Assembly: GCA_963731735.1 (NCBI GenBank)
Contig: CAVSWO010000002.1
Location: 64,529 to 128,528 of the forward strand
From: Candidatus Kerfeldbacteria bacterium
GTDB lineage: Bacteria; Patescibacteriota; Patescibacteriia; SBBC01; CAIJZX01
DNA length: 64,000 nt
Reading direction: 5' to 3'
Part shown: positions 8,888 through 18,770 of the stretch, piece after piece
How the letters are laid out: each line of letters begins with the position of its first letter
How positions within the stretch are numbered: position 1 is the first letter of the stretch
Program-made: the position numbers and the translations under genes
Notes under the pieces: model-generated
Told to the model about the DNA's origin: nothing
The model's database searches: none
The model's input: the letters and a program-made list of their open reading frames with translations, nothing else

Positions 8888-11150
8888 GCGATCCTCCTGA
8901 TCCGCCGGTCGCATCAACGGCTGGCGGCAATGACGCGCCGCTGTTCACGTCGCCGTGATACAGGGCCGCCCGCCAATCGAAGGTTGACGCCGCCTTGGGC
9001 GCGGCTTTGGCCGGCCCATCAACTTCAACAAACAACCAGTTCTTAAATGCGATCCAGATATCAACCACCATCTCCCAGACTCCGATGTACAGCAGGATCG
9101 CCCAGCTAGCCAACAGCGCGTTGAAGGCCGCAAAGATGGCGTTTCCCCAGTTGCCAGCGGTATAGCTGCGCACCAGGGTCAGGACGGAAAAGGCTACGAT
9201 CAACAACGGGACAATCAAGAACAGCGGACCCGAGACCGTTCGATCTTTAACTTTCGGCGTTCGCGCGAACGGAATTTTCTTTCCGGTCAGGGCTTGCTGA
9301 ATGGACTTCAGCACGCCGGCCAAGTTGACCGGCAACAAGATTAAGTTAAACCCATAAATTCGGAACACGTCCGACCGGTTATACCCGCAGTATTTCAAAT
9401 CACTAGCCATGGCCAGAAAATATGGCAGCGCCGCCAGCACGACCAAGGGACTGAGTAAGCGGCCGTCATACGGAAAGGCTAACATGAAGATCAGTCCGAA
9501 ACTGGCCCAGGCAATCGACGCCATATAATTAATGCGCAGCATTGTTTCGGCGGCCGGAATACTTTCCCGTTTGCGCTTGGCGGCGGACAAGCGCGCAAAT
9601 AATTTCGGCAGAATCAGCAGACCGCCGTTGGCCCAGCGCCGGCGCTGAACAATCAACGACCCGAAGTCCGGTGGCGTGGCGCTGTAACTCAGGCGTTCCG
9701 GATAATTCAGGAGCGTCCACCCGTGGGCGGCGATATCAATGCTTGATTCAGTGTCTTCAATCACCGTCCAATCCTGGATATAGCGCTTGATTTCAAAACC
9801 ACCAACCCATTCCTTTTCAACAATATCGTCGAGGGCGGTTTTGCGGATGACCGCATTGGCGCCGACCCAGAAGGTCGCGCCATAGTGGGTCATGCCCTGG
9901 TGTTGGATATGCTGGATATCGGTGGTCGCACCAGCTAAGCGTTCAATCCGGGTCGGCGCGCCGCGGAAAGCCGAATACGGCGTTTGGACAACCGCCACCC
10001 GTTCGTGATCGGGTTGCCGCAACAGGTAGACTAAGCGCAAACAATATTCCCGCAGCAAGATCGAATCAGCGTCCAGCGTCAGTAAGAATTCACTATCCGG
10101 AATAACCAGGTCGGCTTGGGCCGAACTTTTGACGGGGACGAGTGCGCGGCCGCTTGGCGTTTGGGCCAGCCGGTAGGCGCCGCCCATCAAACCAATGTAC
10201 GAGTTCAGGTTCATGGCCTTATTGGCCTCATGCGAGAGCGAAATGTAGGTCTTGCGTTCGAAAACGTCCAGGTCCCCGCTAAAAATCCATTGCAAGCGCT
10301 GGGACAACTGACTCAGGCGATCGGCCGAAAGATAGGCCTGGTCGCGAATCGAGGCCTCTATGGCTTTGGCCGTCACCGACAGTTCATTCGCCAGGGCCCG
10401 CAAAACCTGATCGGCAAAAAATACATCCACGTGGTCATCAATGGTTTCGCGTTTGGCCAAAGCCTGTAACCATTCGGCCGCCCAGCGGTACTCCGCGGCT
10501 AACTGCTTCTGAAAGCGTCGAACGGATCCCGATTCACTCCCGAGGGTGCTGACGCTCGGCAGGCGTTTGAATTTTTTTCGCGGCTCCGCGAACTCATCAA
10601 GAATGGTGTGTTTGAGGGCCCGCGTCTGGTCAAGTTTTTTGCGCGCGGCGGCGGTGGATTGGACCGGATTATCATCAACCAGCAAGACTACCCGCTTGTT
10701 CGGGTATTCCTGTAACAGGGCCGAGATCATGGTTTTGCGGATCACGGCAATTTCCTCGCTGTAGGATGGAATCAACACGGTTAAGGCCGGCTGGTGGCTG
10801 GTGAAAAAATTATCGAGATCGGCCCGCGGTACCCGAACGTGCCGGCTAAACCGCTGAAACGCGCCTTGCCGGGCAATCAGGAACAGTAGGGCTGAGAGGG
10901 TCAACAGGGTTACCACCAAGAGATAGCTGACCGCCTGGAGCGTAAATTGAAAGGTGTGCGGCCCGTCAAAAAATTGCCGGATAACCGTGTCAACCACGTA
11001 CAACGCCCAAAATAGCACGGTCAACACAACCGCCGTCCGGCTGAGGGTAATCTTACGGGTGGTTGGCTGCGCGTGCAGCATCGACAGCGGAACGGTGTTT
11101 TTTTCCGAACCCCATTGTCGTTTCCGGGTTGTACGCGAATTTGAAGACAT
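8880..11150 (-). CDS. Membrane GT2 processive glycosyltransferase (cellulose-synthase-like)
   Basis: KAMNLN, LDADS, QTPY, IED, QRRRW motifs; flanking TM helices; overlaps chitinase start. Confidence 0.9.
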   Translation of the reverse strand: MSSNSRTTRKRQWGSEKNTVPLSMLHAQPTTRKITLSRTAVVLTVLFWALYVVDTVIRQFFDGPHTFQFTLQAVSYLLVVTLLTLSALLFLIARQGAFQRFSRHVRVPRADLDNFFTSHQPALTVLIPSYSEEIAVIRKTMISALLQEYPNKRVVLLVDDNPVQSTAAARKKLDQTRALKHTILDEFAEPRKKFKRLPSVSTLGSESGSVRRFQKQLAAEYRWAAEWLQALAKRETIDDHVDVFFADQVLRALANELSVTAKAIEASIRDQAYLSADRLSQLSQRLQWIFSGDLDVFERKTYISLSHEANKAMNLNSYIGLMGGAYRLAQTPSGRALVPVKSSAQADLVIPDSEFLLTLDADSILLREYCLRLVYLLRQPDHERVAVVQTPYSAFRGAPTRIERLAGATTDIQHIQHQGMTHYGATFWVGANAVIRKTALDDIVEKEWVGGFEIKRYIQDWTVIEDTESSIDIAAHGWTLLNYPERLSYSATPPDFGSLIVQRRRWANGGLLILPKLFARLSAAKRKRESIPAAETMLRINYMASIAWASFGLIFMLAFPYDGRLLSPLVVLAALPYFLAMASDLKYCGYNRSDVFRIYGFNLILLPVNLAGVLKSIQQALTGKKIPFARTPKVKDRTVSGPLFLIVPLLIVAFSVLTLVRSYTAGNWGNAIFAAFNALLASWAILLYIGVWEMVVDIWIAFKNWLFVEVDGPAKAAPKAASTFDWRAALYHGDVNSGASLPPAVDATGGSGGSHA

Positions 11151-11304
11151 TACAATAATAGCCAAGTTGCGAATCTCGGGACCGTTGGCCTACCGTAGAT
11201 CGACTTCAGACACTACCAAACCGCCCATACAATGTCAAGCTGGGATCAACAGCCAGCCGGTTCTCCCCGGGTAACGGGTAATACTTCCCGGGGGTGGAAT
11301 AGGC

Positions 11305-12966
11305 TTAGTCCGTCCGTAAATCCGTGACCGCAGCCGGCGCCGTCGTATCGGGAGCCGGGAACAAGATTACCGCGTCACCATTATTGAGCGAAACGGTGGA
11401 GACCGCGCCGGAATGCGTTCCATCGGCCTGCAAAATAACCATGGGTGCATCCAGCGTGACCGAGGCGGCCGTGGCGTCGGAATAATCGGAACAAGCGAAT
11501 CCGCCACGCGGTCGCACCAGGATGGTCGCGTTTGAATACTGCCGTTTGAAAATGGAATAGGGCGTACTACCGCTGCAAGCTTGCGGACCGGTTTGGATGA
11601 CGGTCGCATAATCTTGCGGTGTGCCAACGTCAATTTCATACGCTGGCAACCATTGGTCTTCAAAATCCAACGGATTAGGATTGGATAGCGTAATACATAG
11701 GTTCGGATCAAAGTACGCGCGACCCGATTCCGACGGCAGCTCACGCACCATGTAGTAACTGGCTAAGTCCCACATTTGATACCGATCTCGCGCAGTTGCA
11801 TAATTACTTGCCCCGAAACCATCCGGTTCATACACGCAGGGCGTATTGGTGAGTTCGAGGATACCACCATTCGTCGTCATCTGGTGGACTTTGTCAATAT
11901 ACTCCTGATACTGGGTGGCGCTTTGTTTAAAACTAACCACCGAGTGGAGTAATTCTGTAAAAGCGCCGCCGGCTGCCAAGTTTTGGGCGAAAGCATAATC
12001 GCCCATAAAATATTCGGCTGTATTGATCAGGGCAAATTTATTGACCGCGTCTAACCGGGAACGGAGATAGGTCAACCAGGTAACCACATCGGCGTTATAC
12101 TCCTCGTCAAGTTGGCTGAAACTTTGATCATTATAATTTTTCGGGCGCAATCCGCCATATTCGCGAACACCGCCACCAGAATCAATGATCGTGTCTAAAC
12201 CAATCGCCCAGCCGAGCGACGCGCCCGGACCATGTTCATCGAGAAATAACCCATCGATGTCCGTCGCTTCAGCGTCACCGTTATGCGTCATTTGATAGAT
12301 CAATTGATCGGCTTTCCATGTTTGCCAATCCGTATTCTTGAGATTCGGTACCCAGCGCGAATCATACCAGCGAAAGACCTGCATCCGACAGGCTGAAGTG
12401 ATCGGATCTGGTTCTGGACAACCGGTAATATTGACCGTGCCCTCAATAACGCCGTCTTTATTCCGAAAGCTGACCTGGGTATCTTCCGAGAAGTGTAAAT
12501 ACTGATCTTCAGGCAGCGAGGCTTCTGCCGCATTTGGTCCGTAGCTATATTCGCAGCCTAGATGCTGGCAAATTTCAATATCATTCGTATACCCATACGT
12601 CTTCATAGTTGGGTTCAGCGCCTTTTCAATATTCGACTCCAAATCTTCTTGATAATCACGGACCGCATCATCCATCGCCACTTCGGTCATGTCCACATGA
12701 CGAGCGTACCATTCGTACCCGGCATTCCGCACCGTTCCGTAGGGAAGATATTTCACTGCCCGTCCATTGTCTGCAATATTGATATGGGCCCAATGTGGCG
12801 AATTGGTGCTTTGGGTGCCAACCACCGGTTCGCCAACTGCCCGGACGATTGGTACGGTTGACTGCGAAGGCCACCAGACCATCAGCCCCGTCGCCAAAAC
12901 AATCAACATAAATGGAACCATCCACGGATGTCGATCAAGATGTGGAGATTTAGTACGATAGTCCAT
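11305..12966 (-). CDS. Secreted putative glycoside hydrolase (GHL15-like)
   Basis: N-terminal TM; DGLFLDE; C-terminal IFKRQYSNATILVRP...LNNGDAVIL; tail DTTAPAAVTDLRTD. Confidence 0.6.
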   Translation of the reverse strand: MDYRTKSPHLDRHPWMVPFMLIVLATGLMVWWPSQSTVPIVRAVGEPVVGTQSTNSPHWAHINIADNGRAVKYLPYGTVRNAGYEWYARHVDMTEVAMDDAVRDYQEDLESNIEKALNPTMKTYGYTNDIEICQHLGCEYSYGPNAAEASLPEDQYLHFSEDTQVSFRNKDGVIEGTVNITGCPEPDPITSACRMQVFRWYDSRWVPNLKNTDWQTWKADQLIYQMTHNGDAEATDIDGLFLDEHGPGASLGWAIGLDTIIDSGGGVREYGGLRPKNYNDQSFSQLDEEYNADVVTWLTYLRSRLDAVNKFALINTAEYFMGDYAFAQNLAAGGAFTELLHSVVSFKQSATQYQEYIDKVHQMTTNGGILELTNTPCVYEPDGFGASNYATARDRYQMWDLASYYMVRELPSESGRAYFDPNLCITLSNPNPLDFEDQWLPAYEIDVGTPQDYATVIQTGPQACSGSTPYSIFKRQYSNATILVRPRGGFACSDYSDATAASVTLDAPMVILQADGTHSGAVSTVSLNNGDAVILFPAPDTTAPAAVTDLRTD

Positions 12967-13010
12967 GGCGCTTAAGTGTAGCGCAAGGCATCCAGCCGGA
13001 CAAATTGCCT

Positions 13011-13532
13011 TTATTTCTGCTTGGCTCGCTCGATCAGTTTCAGGAATACGTCGCGGGTGGTCTCAACGTCAACCAGTGCCCGGTGCGCTTTCGGCTGCGG
13101 GATTTTTAAATACTTGGCCACGTTCTGGAGGCGGTAACTCGGCAAAATCAGATACCGCTTGGCGATTTCGATTGTGTCCAACACCTGATTCTTGATCCGC
13201 GGTAAGCCCAGGCGATCCAGGTGCGCATTCACGAAACCGATATCAAACGGCGCGTTATGGGCCACGATGATACTGTCGCCAAAAAACTCAACCAATTCCG
13301 GAATCACCTCGGACGGATTCTGACCTTCGGCCTGGACCTGTTCATTGGTGATGCCGTGGATCGCCATCGAGTCGGCCGGAATCGGACGGCTCGGTTTCAG
13401 CAGTCGGACAAATTCCCCGGCCACGTTGTTGCCAATCAGCTTCTGGGCGCCGATTTCAATAATCTCATGCCCTTCGGCCGGTTCCAGGCCGGTCGTTTCC
13501 ACATCGAAAATAACGAAACTTGGAGTTGCCAT
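13011..13532 (-). CDS. DEDDh 3'-5' exonuclease (DnaQ/PolC-type)
   Basis: FDVETTGL, AHNAPFD, HRALVD. Confidence 0.9.
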   Translation of the reverse strand: MATPSFVIFDVETTGLEPAEGHEIIEIGAQKLIGNNVAGEFVRLLKPSRPIPADSMAIHGITNEQVQAEGQNPSEVIPELVEFFGDSIIVAHNAPFDIGFVNAHLDRLGLPRIKNQVLDTIEIAKRYLILPSYRLQNVAKYLKIPQPKAHRALVDVETTRDVFLKLIERAKQK

Positions 13533-13652
13533 CCCGGGCAGTATACGGACTTTTCGCCGACGGAACAAGCCAGGCGTGGGGACAAGCCGGCGGAAAACCT
13601 GCGCAGAAGTCGGCTTTGCTTCGGGTCCCCTGATTAGGGTAGACTGTCAGGG

Positions 13653-15044
13653 ATGGCAAATGGCGTCAACACGAAACAATCCCTCGACCAGGCCGCTTTG
13701 CGCGTCCCCCCGCACCAGCTTGAGGCGGAGCAGGCCACCCTGGGATCGATTCTGATTGACCGCGACGCGGTCATTAAAATTGCCGATCGGCTGTCGCCGG
13801 AAGATTTTTATGTTGACAAGCATCGCTTGGTCTACGACGCGATGCTCACCCTGTATCAAAAACATGAGCCAATCGACATTATCGCCTTGTCGAACTTGCT
13901 GCAGGAACGGAACCAGCTAGAACCGATTGGCGGTCGGAGTTTCCTGGTTTCACTTTCGAGCATCGTACCGACCGCGGCCAACGTCGTGCAGTATGCTTCG
14001 ATCATCCAAAAGAAGTCGACTTTACGACGATTAATCGGCGCGGCCGGACAAATGGTCGAGCTTGGCTACAAAGAAGACGAGGATGTCACGGCCCTGCTCG
14101 ATCAAGCCGAGCAATCGCTGTTTAGTGTTTCCCAGCGCTACCTGCGCCAAAACTTCATCAACATCCGCGATGTCTTGCATGAAGCCTTTGAACGCATCGA
14201 CCAGCTGCACAAACAATCCGGCCAGCTTCGCGGCGTCCCGACCGGCTTTACCTCGCTCGACAATATGCTGGGCGGATTGCAAAAATCCGATTTAGTAATC
14301 TTGGCTGCCCGGCCTTCGGTCGGAAAAACTTCCCTGGCGCTCGACATCGCCCGCAACGTAGCCCTGAAAACGAATATGCCGGTTGGCTTGTTTTCGCTAG
14401 AAATGTCCAAGGAACAATTGGTGGATCGGTTGCTGGTTTCGCAGGCTAATGTTGATCTGTGGCGGATGCGGACCGGCCGGTTACAGGATGATGATGATTT
14501 TCAACGGATCGGCCACGCCATGGGTCTGCTGGCGGAAGCCCCGATCTTTATTGATGATTCGGCCGCCGCCAACATTATGGAAATTCGGACCAAGGCTCGG
14601 CGTTTGCAGTCTGAACATAAGCAACTCGGATTGATTGTGATTGATTACCTCCAGCTGATGGAAAGCCGAACGAGTGAAAACCGGACCCAAGAAATTTCCG
14701 AGATTACCCGCGGTTTGAAATCAATCGCGCGTGAATTAAATGTTCCGGTGCTGGCCCTATCGCAGCTGTCCCGCGCGGTTGAACAAGAACGTCCGCCGAT
14801 TCCAAAACTCGCTCACCTGCGTGAATCCGGTTCGATTGAACAAGACGCCGACGTAGTGCTGTTTATTTACCGCAAAGCGGTTTATGATCCGGACCTGCCG
14901 CCGGATGAAAAAAACCTGGCCGAAATCATTATCGCCAAACATCGCAACGGCCCGACCGGCCGCGTCCGGCTATCCTTCGTCGAACGCAAAGCCTCGTTTG
15001 ACAACCGCGAAGAACGGATTACCGAGAACCAGTTCGGGGGATAA
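13653..15044 (+). CDS. dnaB: Replicative DNA helicase
   Basis: PPHQLEAEQ, AARPSVGKT, DYLQLM, LRESGSIEQDAD. Confidence 0.98.
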   Translation: MANGVNTKQSLDQAALRVPPHQLEAEQATLGSILIDRDAVIKIADRLSPEDFYVDKHRLVYDAMLTLYQKHEPIDIIALSNLLQERNQLEPIGGRSFLVSLSSIVPTAANVVQYASIIQKKSTLRRLIGAAGQMVELGYKEDEDVTALLDQAEQSLFSVSQRYLRQNFINIRDVLHEAFERIDQLHKQSGQLRGVPTGFTSLDNMLGGLQKSDLVILAARPSVGKTSLALDIARNVALKTNMPVGLFSLEMSKEQLVDRLLVSQANVDLWRMRTGRLQDDDDFQRIGHAMGLLAEAPIFIDDSAAANIMEIRTKARRLQSEHKQLGLIVIDYLQLMESRTSENRTQEISEITRGLKSIARELNVPVLALSQLSRAVEQERPPIPKLAHLRESGSIEQDADVVLFIYRKAVYDPDLPPDEKNLAEIIIAKHRNGPTGRVRLSFVERKASFDNREERITENQFGG

Positions 15045-15078
15045 AAAAGCCACGCGGACGCGCGGCTCGAACTCGGAT

Positions 15079-15348
15079 TTATTTGTCTGCAATTTCAGAC
15101 GCCGTGACCAGAAACTTACGGGCCATCCGATCATGCCAAGTCGCTCGGCGTGGTTTTCGGATCGGAATCAGGCCCATGATTTTCTTGGCCACCCGACGCA
15201 GGTCGGGATTGGTAAATTCCTGTAGCCAGGCCGCGTCCGGGTTGCTGCCAGCCAGTCGACTTTGGGCGATTCGTAGTAACGTATTCGAATCAGCCGGTGC
15301 CAGGAACGGCAGTGCCTGGGTGGATTCCTTGACCCGCTCAGTGCTCAT
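15079..15348 (-). CDS. Hypothetical protein (89 aa)
   Basis: AAGGAAGGAG RBS; TTGACT-17-TAGCGT promoter. Confidence 0.55.
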   Translation of the reverse strand: MSTERVKESTQALPFLAPADSNTLLRIAQSRLAGSNPDAAWLQEFTNPDLRRVAKKIMGLIPIRKPRRATWHDRMARKFLVTASEIADK

Positions 15349-15574
15349 GATTCGGCTCCTTCCTTGAGTCAACCAGGGACAAACCAGCTGCGCGCTCTAA
15401 GGGGCAAATCTCCTTCTCACACGCTATGTCGGGACCGAGAAAAAGTCAATTGATTCGGGTGGTCGGCTGTGGTACAATTGCTACCTCCGGTCAGTCCTTG
15501 AAGTCCCGCTTCGCGGGTTTCGGCCGCACGAACCGGCCCCGGAATCTCATCCGATAATTATCCACGATACACGT

Positions 15575-15880
15575 ATGGCAATGTTCTCGAAATTGAAACA
15601 ATATAAAGAACTTCGCGACCAAGCCAAGACCATGCAGAATGCCCTGGCCGAAGAAATTGTCTACGCCGACGCGGCCGGCGGTAAAATTCAGGTCGTGATG
15701 GACGGCAATCAACACGTCAATGGCGTGCAAGTTGATCCGGAATTAATCAACCCGGCTAAGAAGTCGGATCTCGAAAAAGGCTTGCAGGACGCCTTTAATA
15801 ATGCCGTGAAGAAAGCCCAGACCGCTATGGCTAAAAAGGCCAAAGACATGGGCGCCTTGAATTTGCCGGGCATGCAATAG
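15575..15880 (+). CDS. ybaB: YbaB/EbfC nucleoid-associated protein
   Basis: Family pattern; position upstream of recR. Confidence 0.9.
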   Translation: MAMFSKLKQYKELRDQAKTMQNALAEEIVYADAAGGKIQVVMDGNQHVNGVQVDPELINPAKKSDLEKGLQDAFNNAVKKAQTAMAKKAKDMGALNLPGMQ

Positions 15881-15892
15881 TGCCATCTTTTC

Positions 15893-15960
15893 TGGAGACC
15901 CTTCGGCTACGGCCACAGGGATACACCAGGTGTATTCCTGAGTAACGCGAAGGATCTCTA
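15893..15960. repeat. REP-like extragenic palindrome
   Basis: TGGAGACCCTTCG...CAGGGATACACC/GGTGTATTCCTG...CGAAGGATCTCTA. Confidence 0.5.
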
Positions 15961-15996
15961 CAAGCACAAAGTTTAGACATGGACGAAGCCTAACGT

Positions 15997-16596
15997 ATGG
16001 CACAATACCCGCCTGCAATTGAACGACTCCTTCAGGAGTTAACCCGACTGCCCGGCGTCGGCCCGAAAACCGCCGAGCGGTATGTTTTTTCGTTACTTCG
16101 TCAATCACCCGAACGCTTAAAAACCTTTGGTCAGGCCGTCCAGCATCTCCGCGACACGATCGTGAGTTGTGCCGAGTGCTTTAATTTCGATAGTCAATCC
16201 CCTTGCTGGGTTTGTCGAGACAAACAACGCGACCGCAGCTTGATTTGCGTGGTGGCTGAAACGCCGGACCTGCTGGCGATTGAACACACCGGTGCCTATC
16301 ATGGCTTGTATCATGTATTGGGCGGTACGGTGAACGCGGTCGAGGGCCAGGGTCCGGACCAGTTACGGATGAATGAACTTTTTCAGCGCATCCAAACCGC
16401 CGGTATCCAAGAAGTCATTTTGGCGATGAATCCGGATATTGAAGGTGAAACGACAACGCTCTACTTGAAGAAAGCCCTGGAATCACTCAAGGTCAAAATC
16501 ACCCAACTGGCTCGCGGCATCCCGACTGGTGGGGATGTCACCTACCTCGATGAAGCCACCCTCGGTGAAGCGATCAATCACCGCCAGGCGGCGTAG
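15997..16596 (+). CDS. recR: Recombination mediator RecR
   Basis: LPGVGPKTAER, C4 zinc finger, YHVLGG, TOPRIM domain. Confidence 0.97.
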   Translation: MAQYPPAIERLLQELTRLPGVGPKTAERYVFSLLRQSPERLKTFGQAVQHLRDTIVSCAECFNFDSQSPCWVCRDKQRDRSLICVVAETPDLLAIEHTGAYHGLYHVLGGTVNAVEGQGPDQLRMNELFQRIQTAGIQEVILAMNPDIEGETTTLYLKKALESLKVKITQLARGIPTGGDVTYLDEATLGEAINHRQAA

Positions 16597-17865
16597 TTAT
16601 TGGGAAAATTCAATTTGCAATACATTTCGGTTGTCTAGACCAGCTAGAATACTTTTTGGTGTCGGGGAAAATATGCTCATCAAGGGTGATGGCAAGTAAA
16701 CGGATAAGTCTTGAATGGTATCATGGTTAATGATATTTAATGCATGACTCCGATACGCGCCAACCAGTAATCCTAAATCACTTGGGACTAAATGGCCAAC
16801 ATCAGAGTTATCAAAGTTTTTGAGAATGTCTTGTTTTGATAACACCTGATTGCCATCAAAACTATACAAGCGCGGGGTAGGTTGCCCAGCAACAGACGTA
16901 AAGGAAAGCCACCAAGATTGATTGTACCAAGCGAGCTGGTTATTTGTTAGTCCCGAAGTTTGACTAAACAAAGTTGAAAAATCAGTAAAAGTATTTCCGT
17001 CATAAGTCACAAAAATAGTTTGTGCCTTGTCTCCGGTATCGGCCTGCACGATCTTTTCGCCGCTGAAGGCCCATACAGATCCGTTCCAAGCAATATTTTC
17101 AACTCCTGAAAAATTATTTGATTTCATTTTAAATGTCTGCCCATCGTATTCGAGTATTACTCCCCCAACCGAATGGGCATAATTACACTTTGTAGCAAGC
17201 ATCCAGACGGCCCCGTTCCAAGCAATGTCTACCACCGTGCAGGCATTGTTGCCAATGTTCCCAGGAATAGAAAGCTTTGATAGTTTTTGGCCATCATATT
17301 TTAAAACGTCATTACCATATGGCAGCAGCCAATATTGGCCATTCCAAACTGGATGGAATTTATAGACATGCGCTTGCTCATTAATTGCAGTATCAACCAC
17401 AAAGAATTTTTTGTTTTCAAATTTTAGTAATGTGTAGTACCAGCCGGCTGAGCTTGAGGCCATTAAACAGTAGGTTGCATTGCATGCTATTTCCGAAACG
17501 TCTCCAGCACTATATGGTGTTGCGAATAAATCTGAATGAAAAAAAGTAGTTGCAGGTAACTGGATGCTTTCAGTATTTGTATTTCCTACAATGTTCGTAT
17601 TCGTATCTGTGGAATCATTTGTCTTTGTTTGGACGTTAGCGTTGTTAGTTTCTGGACACTCCGCAAACGCACAATTCGGACCCGTACGGCCAACTACGGA
17701 ACCATCTGGACACACCTTGCCCTCACTGGTACAAGCCACCAAGTTTGTATTCGTTCCCGTTTGGCGATGTGCATTTGTACTGGAGAACGAGAAGTACATA
17801 ACGCCCAAAAAAGCGGCCAGTGAGAAGAACGTGATCAGGGCTGGAACAAGCGTGGTATTTTTCAT
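16597..17865 (-). CDS. Membrane-anchored protein with CPR Cys motif and beta-repeat C-terminus
   Basis: N-terminal TM; CTSEGKVCPDGSVVGRTGPNCAFAECP; repeated WNG..W..YDG units. Confidence 0.8.
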   Translation of the reverse strand: MKNTTLVPALITFFSLAAFLGVMYFSFSSTNAHRQTGTNTNLVACTSEGKVCPDGSVVGRTGPNCAFAECPETNNANVQTKTNDSTDTNTNIVGNTNTESIQLPATTFFHSDLFATPYSAGDVSEIACNATYCLMASSSAGWYYTLLKFENKKFFVVDTAINEQAHVYKFHPVWNGQYWLLPYGNDVLKYDGQKLSKLSIPGNIGNNACTVVDIAWNGAVWMLATKCNYAHSVGGVILEYDGQTFKMKSNNFSGVENIAWNGSVWAFSGEKIVQADTGDKAQTIFVTYDGNTFTDFSTLFSQTSGLTNNQLAWYNQSWWLSFTSVAGQPTPRLYSFDGNQVLSKQDILKNFDNSDVGHLVPSDLGLLVGAYRSHALNIINHDTIQDLSVYLPSPLMSIFSPTPKSILAGLDNRNVLQIEFSQ

Positions 17866-17877
17866 GGCTAGGAAGAA

Positions 17878-18465
17878 TTACGTTGAGGTCTTTGGAACGA
17901 GTTGCAGTAACCAAGTTCCATTTGATTGGAGCGTGCCCCGGAGGTGCAGTTCGGCCGCTTGATACCCATCTACCGTAATCGTCATGCTTTCGTCGACATC
18001 GTTGGCTGGAATTACAATTTTTCCGTTCTCGAGCGCGCCGGTCCAGGTTCGCCCGTTGGTCTCGCAGGGAGTCGTGACGCAACGTACGCCGTTGTCACTG
18101 TAAACGGAAACCGGGGTACCGTCTTGAATCACGCCGTCATTCGGACCATACAACCAGACGGTCAGATCTTGTGCGGTGTTCGTATTCGTGTTGGCAGCGG
18201 AATTGGTAACGGTGGTGTTTGGATTGCTGATCGCATCCGGACAGGCCGCAAATTCGCAATTCGGACTGGTCCGTCCGACGAATGACCCATCGGGACAGGC
18301 CATGGCATCATCCGTGCAACCCACCAGATTCGTCAGAGTGGAGCGATTCGCATCTTCATCGCGCTGCGCGGTGGTGCTGGTAAGCGAAAAATACATCACG
18401 CCCAAAAAGGCGACGATTGAGAAAAAGCCGATGAGAACGGGTATTACAATGGATCCTTTGCGCAT
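17878..18465 (-). CDS. Membrane-anchored protein with CPR Cys motif
   Basis: N-terminal TM; CTDDAMACPDGSFVGRTSPNCEFAACP; CVTTPC. Confidence 0.8.
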   Translation of the reverse strand: MRKGSIVIPVLIGFFSIVAFLGVMYFSLTSTTAQRDEDANRSTLTNLVGCTDDAMACPDGSFVGRTSPNCEFAACPDAISNPNTTVTNSAANTNTNTAQDLTVWLYGPNDGVIQDGTPVSVYSDNGVRCVTTPCETNGRTWTGALENGKIVIPANDVDESMTITVDGYQAAELHLRGTLQSNGTWLLQLVPKTST

Positions 18466-18534
18466 AGTCCGACCCTTTCTGCCACCGCGGCCAGTATATC
18501 ACAAACCCGGATTTCATGGCCATACATAATAATA

Positions 18535-18770
18535 AACAGACCGAGTCCCGTTTTCGCACGATTTGCGAATGGGAAGGACTCGGTCCGAAGTTGGAGATGT
18601 GGCCATTTACCCGTTTGGCGACACCTACCCAATGAATGTGCCGTGCGCACGACGCACCCATTTTGCGGATTCCCAGGTCCGCTGGTTTGATGCTGACCTT
18701 CGCGTACTGCGGAGGTCACTTCAAGGGGGACACCCCTTGTTCGCGTCTCGAAAGACGACATGACGGGAGT
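18535..18770 (-). ncRNA. Candidate structured ncRNA, unidentified family
   Basis: TTGACA-17-TAAGGT with extended TG (18805-18777); at least 5 hairpins; 3' stem GACCGAGTCC/GGACTCGGTC then U-rich tract; strand not certain. Confidence 0.55.

Noticed and set aside
15485-15545. Hairpin upstream of ybaB as SRP RNA (ffs)
   Set aside because: Position is suggestive but the helix-8 motif is missing; treated as an ordinary 5' leader.
18444-18761. 105-aa ORF (and opposite-strand 66-aa ORF) as protein genes
   Set aside because: No RBS or recognisable motifs, runs through a terminator-like stem and overlaps the next gene; RNA structure explains the region better.
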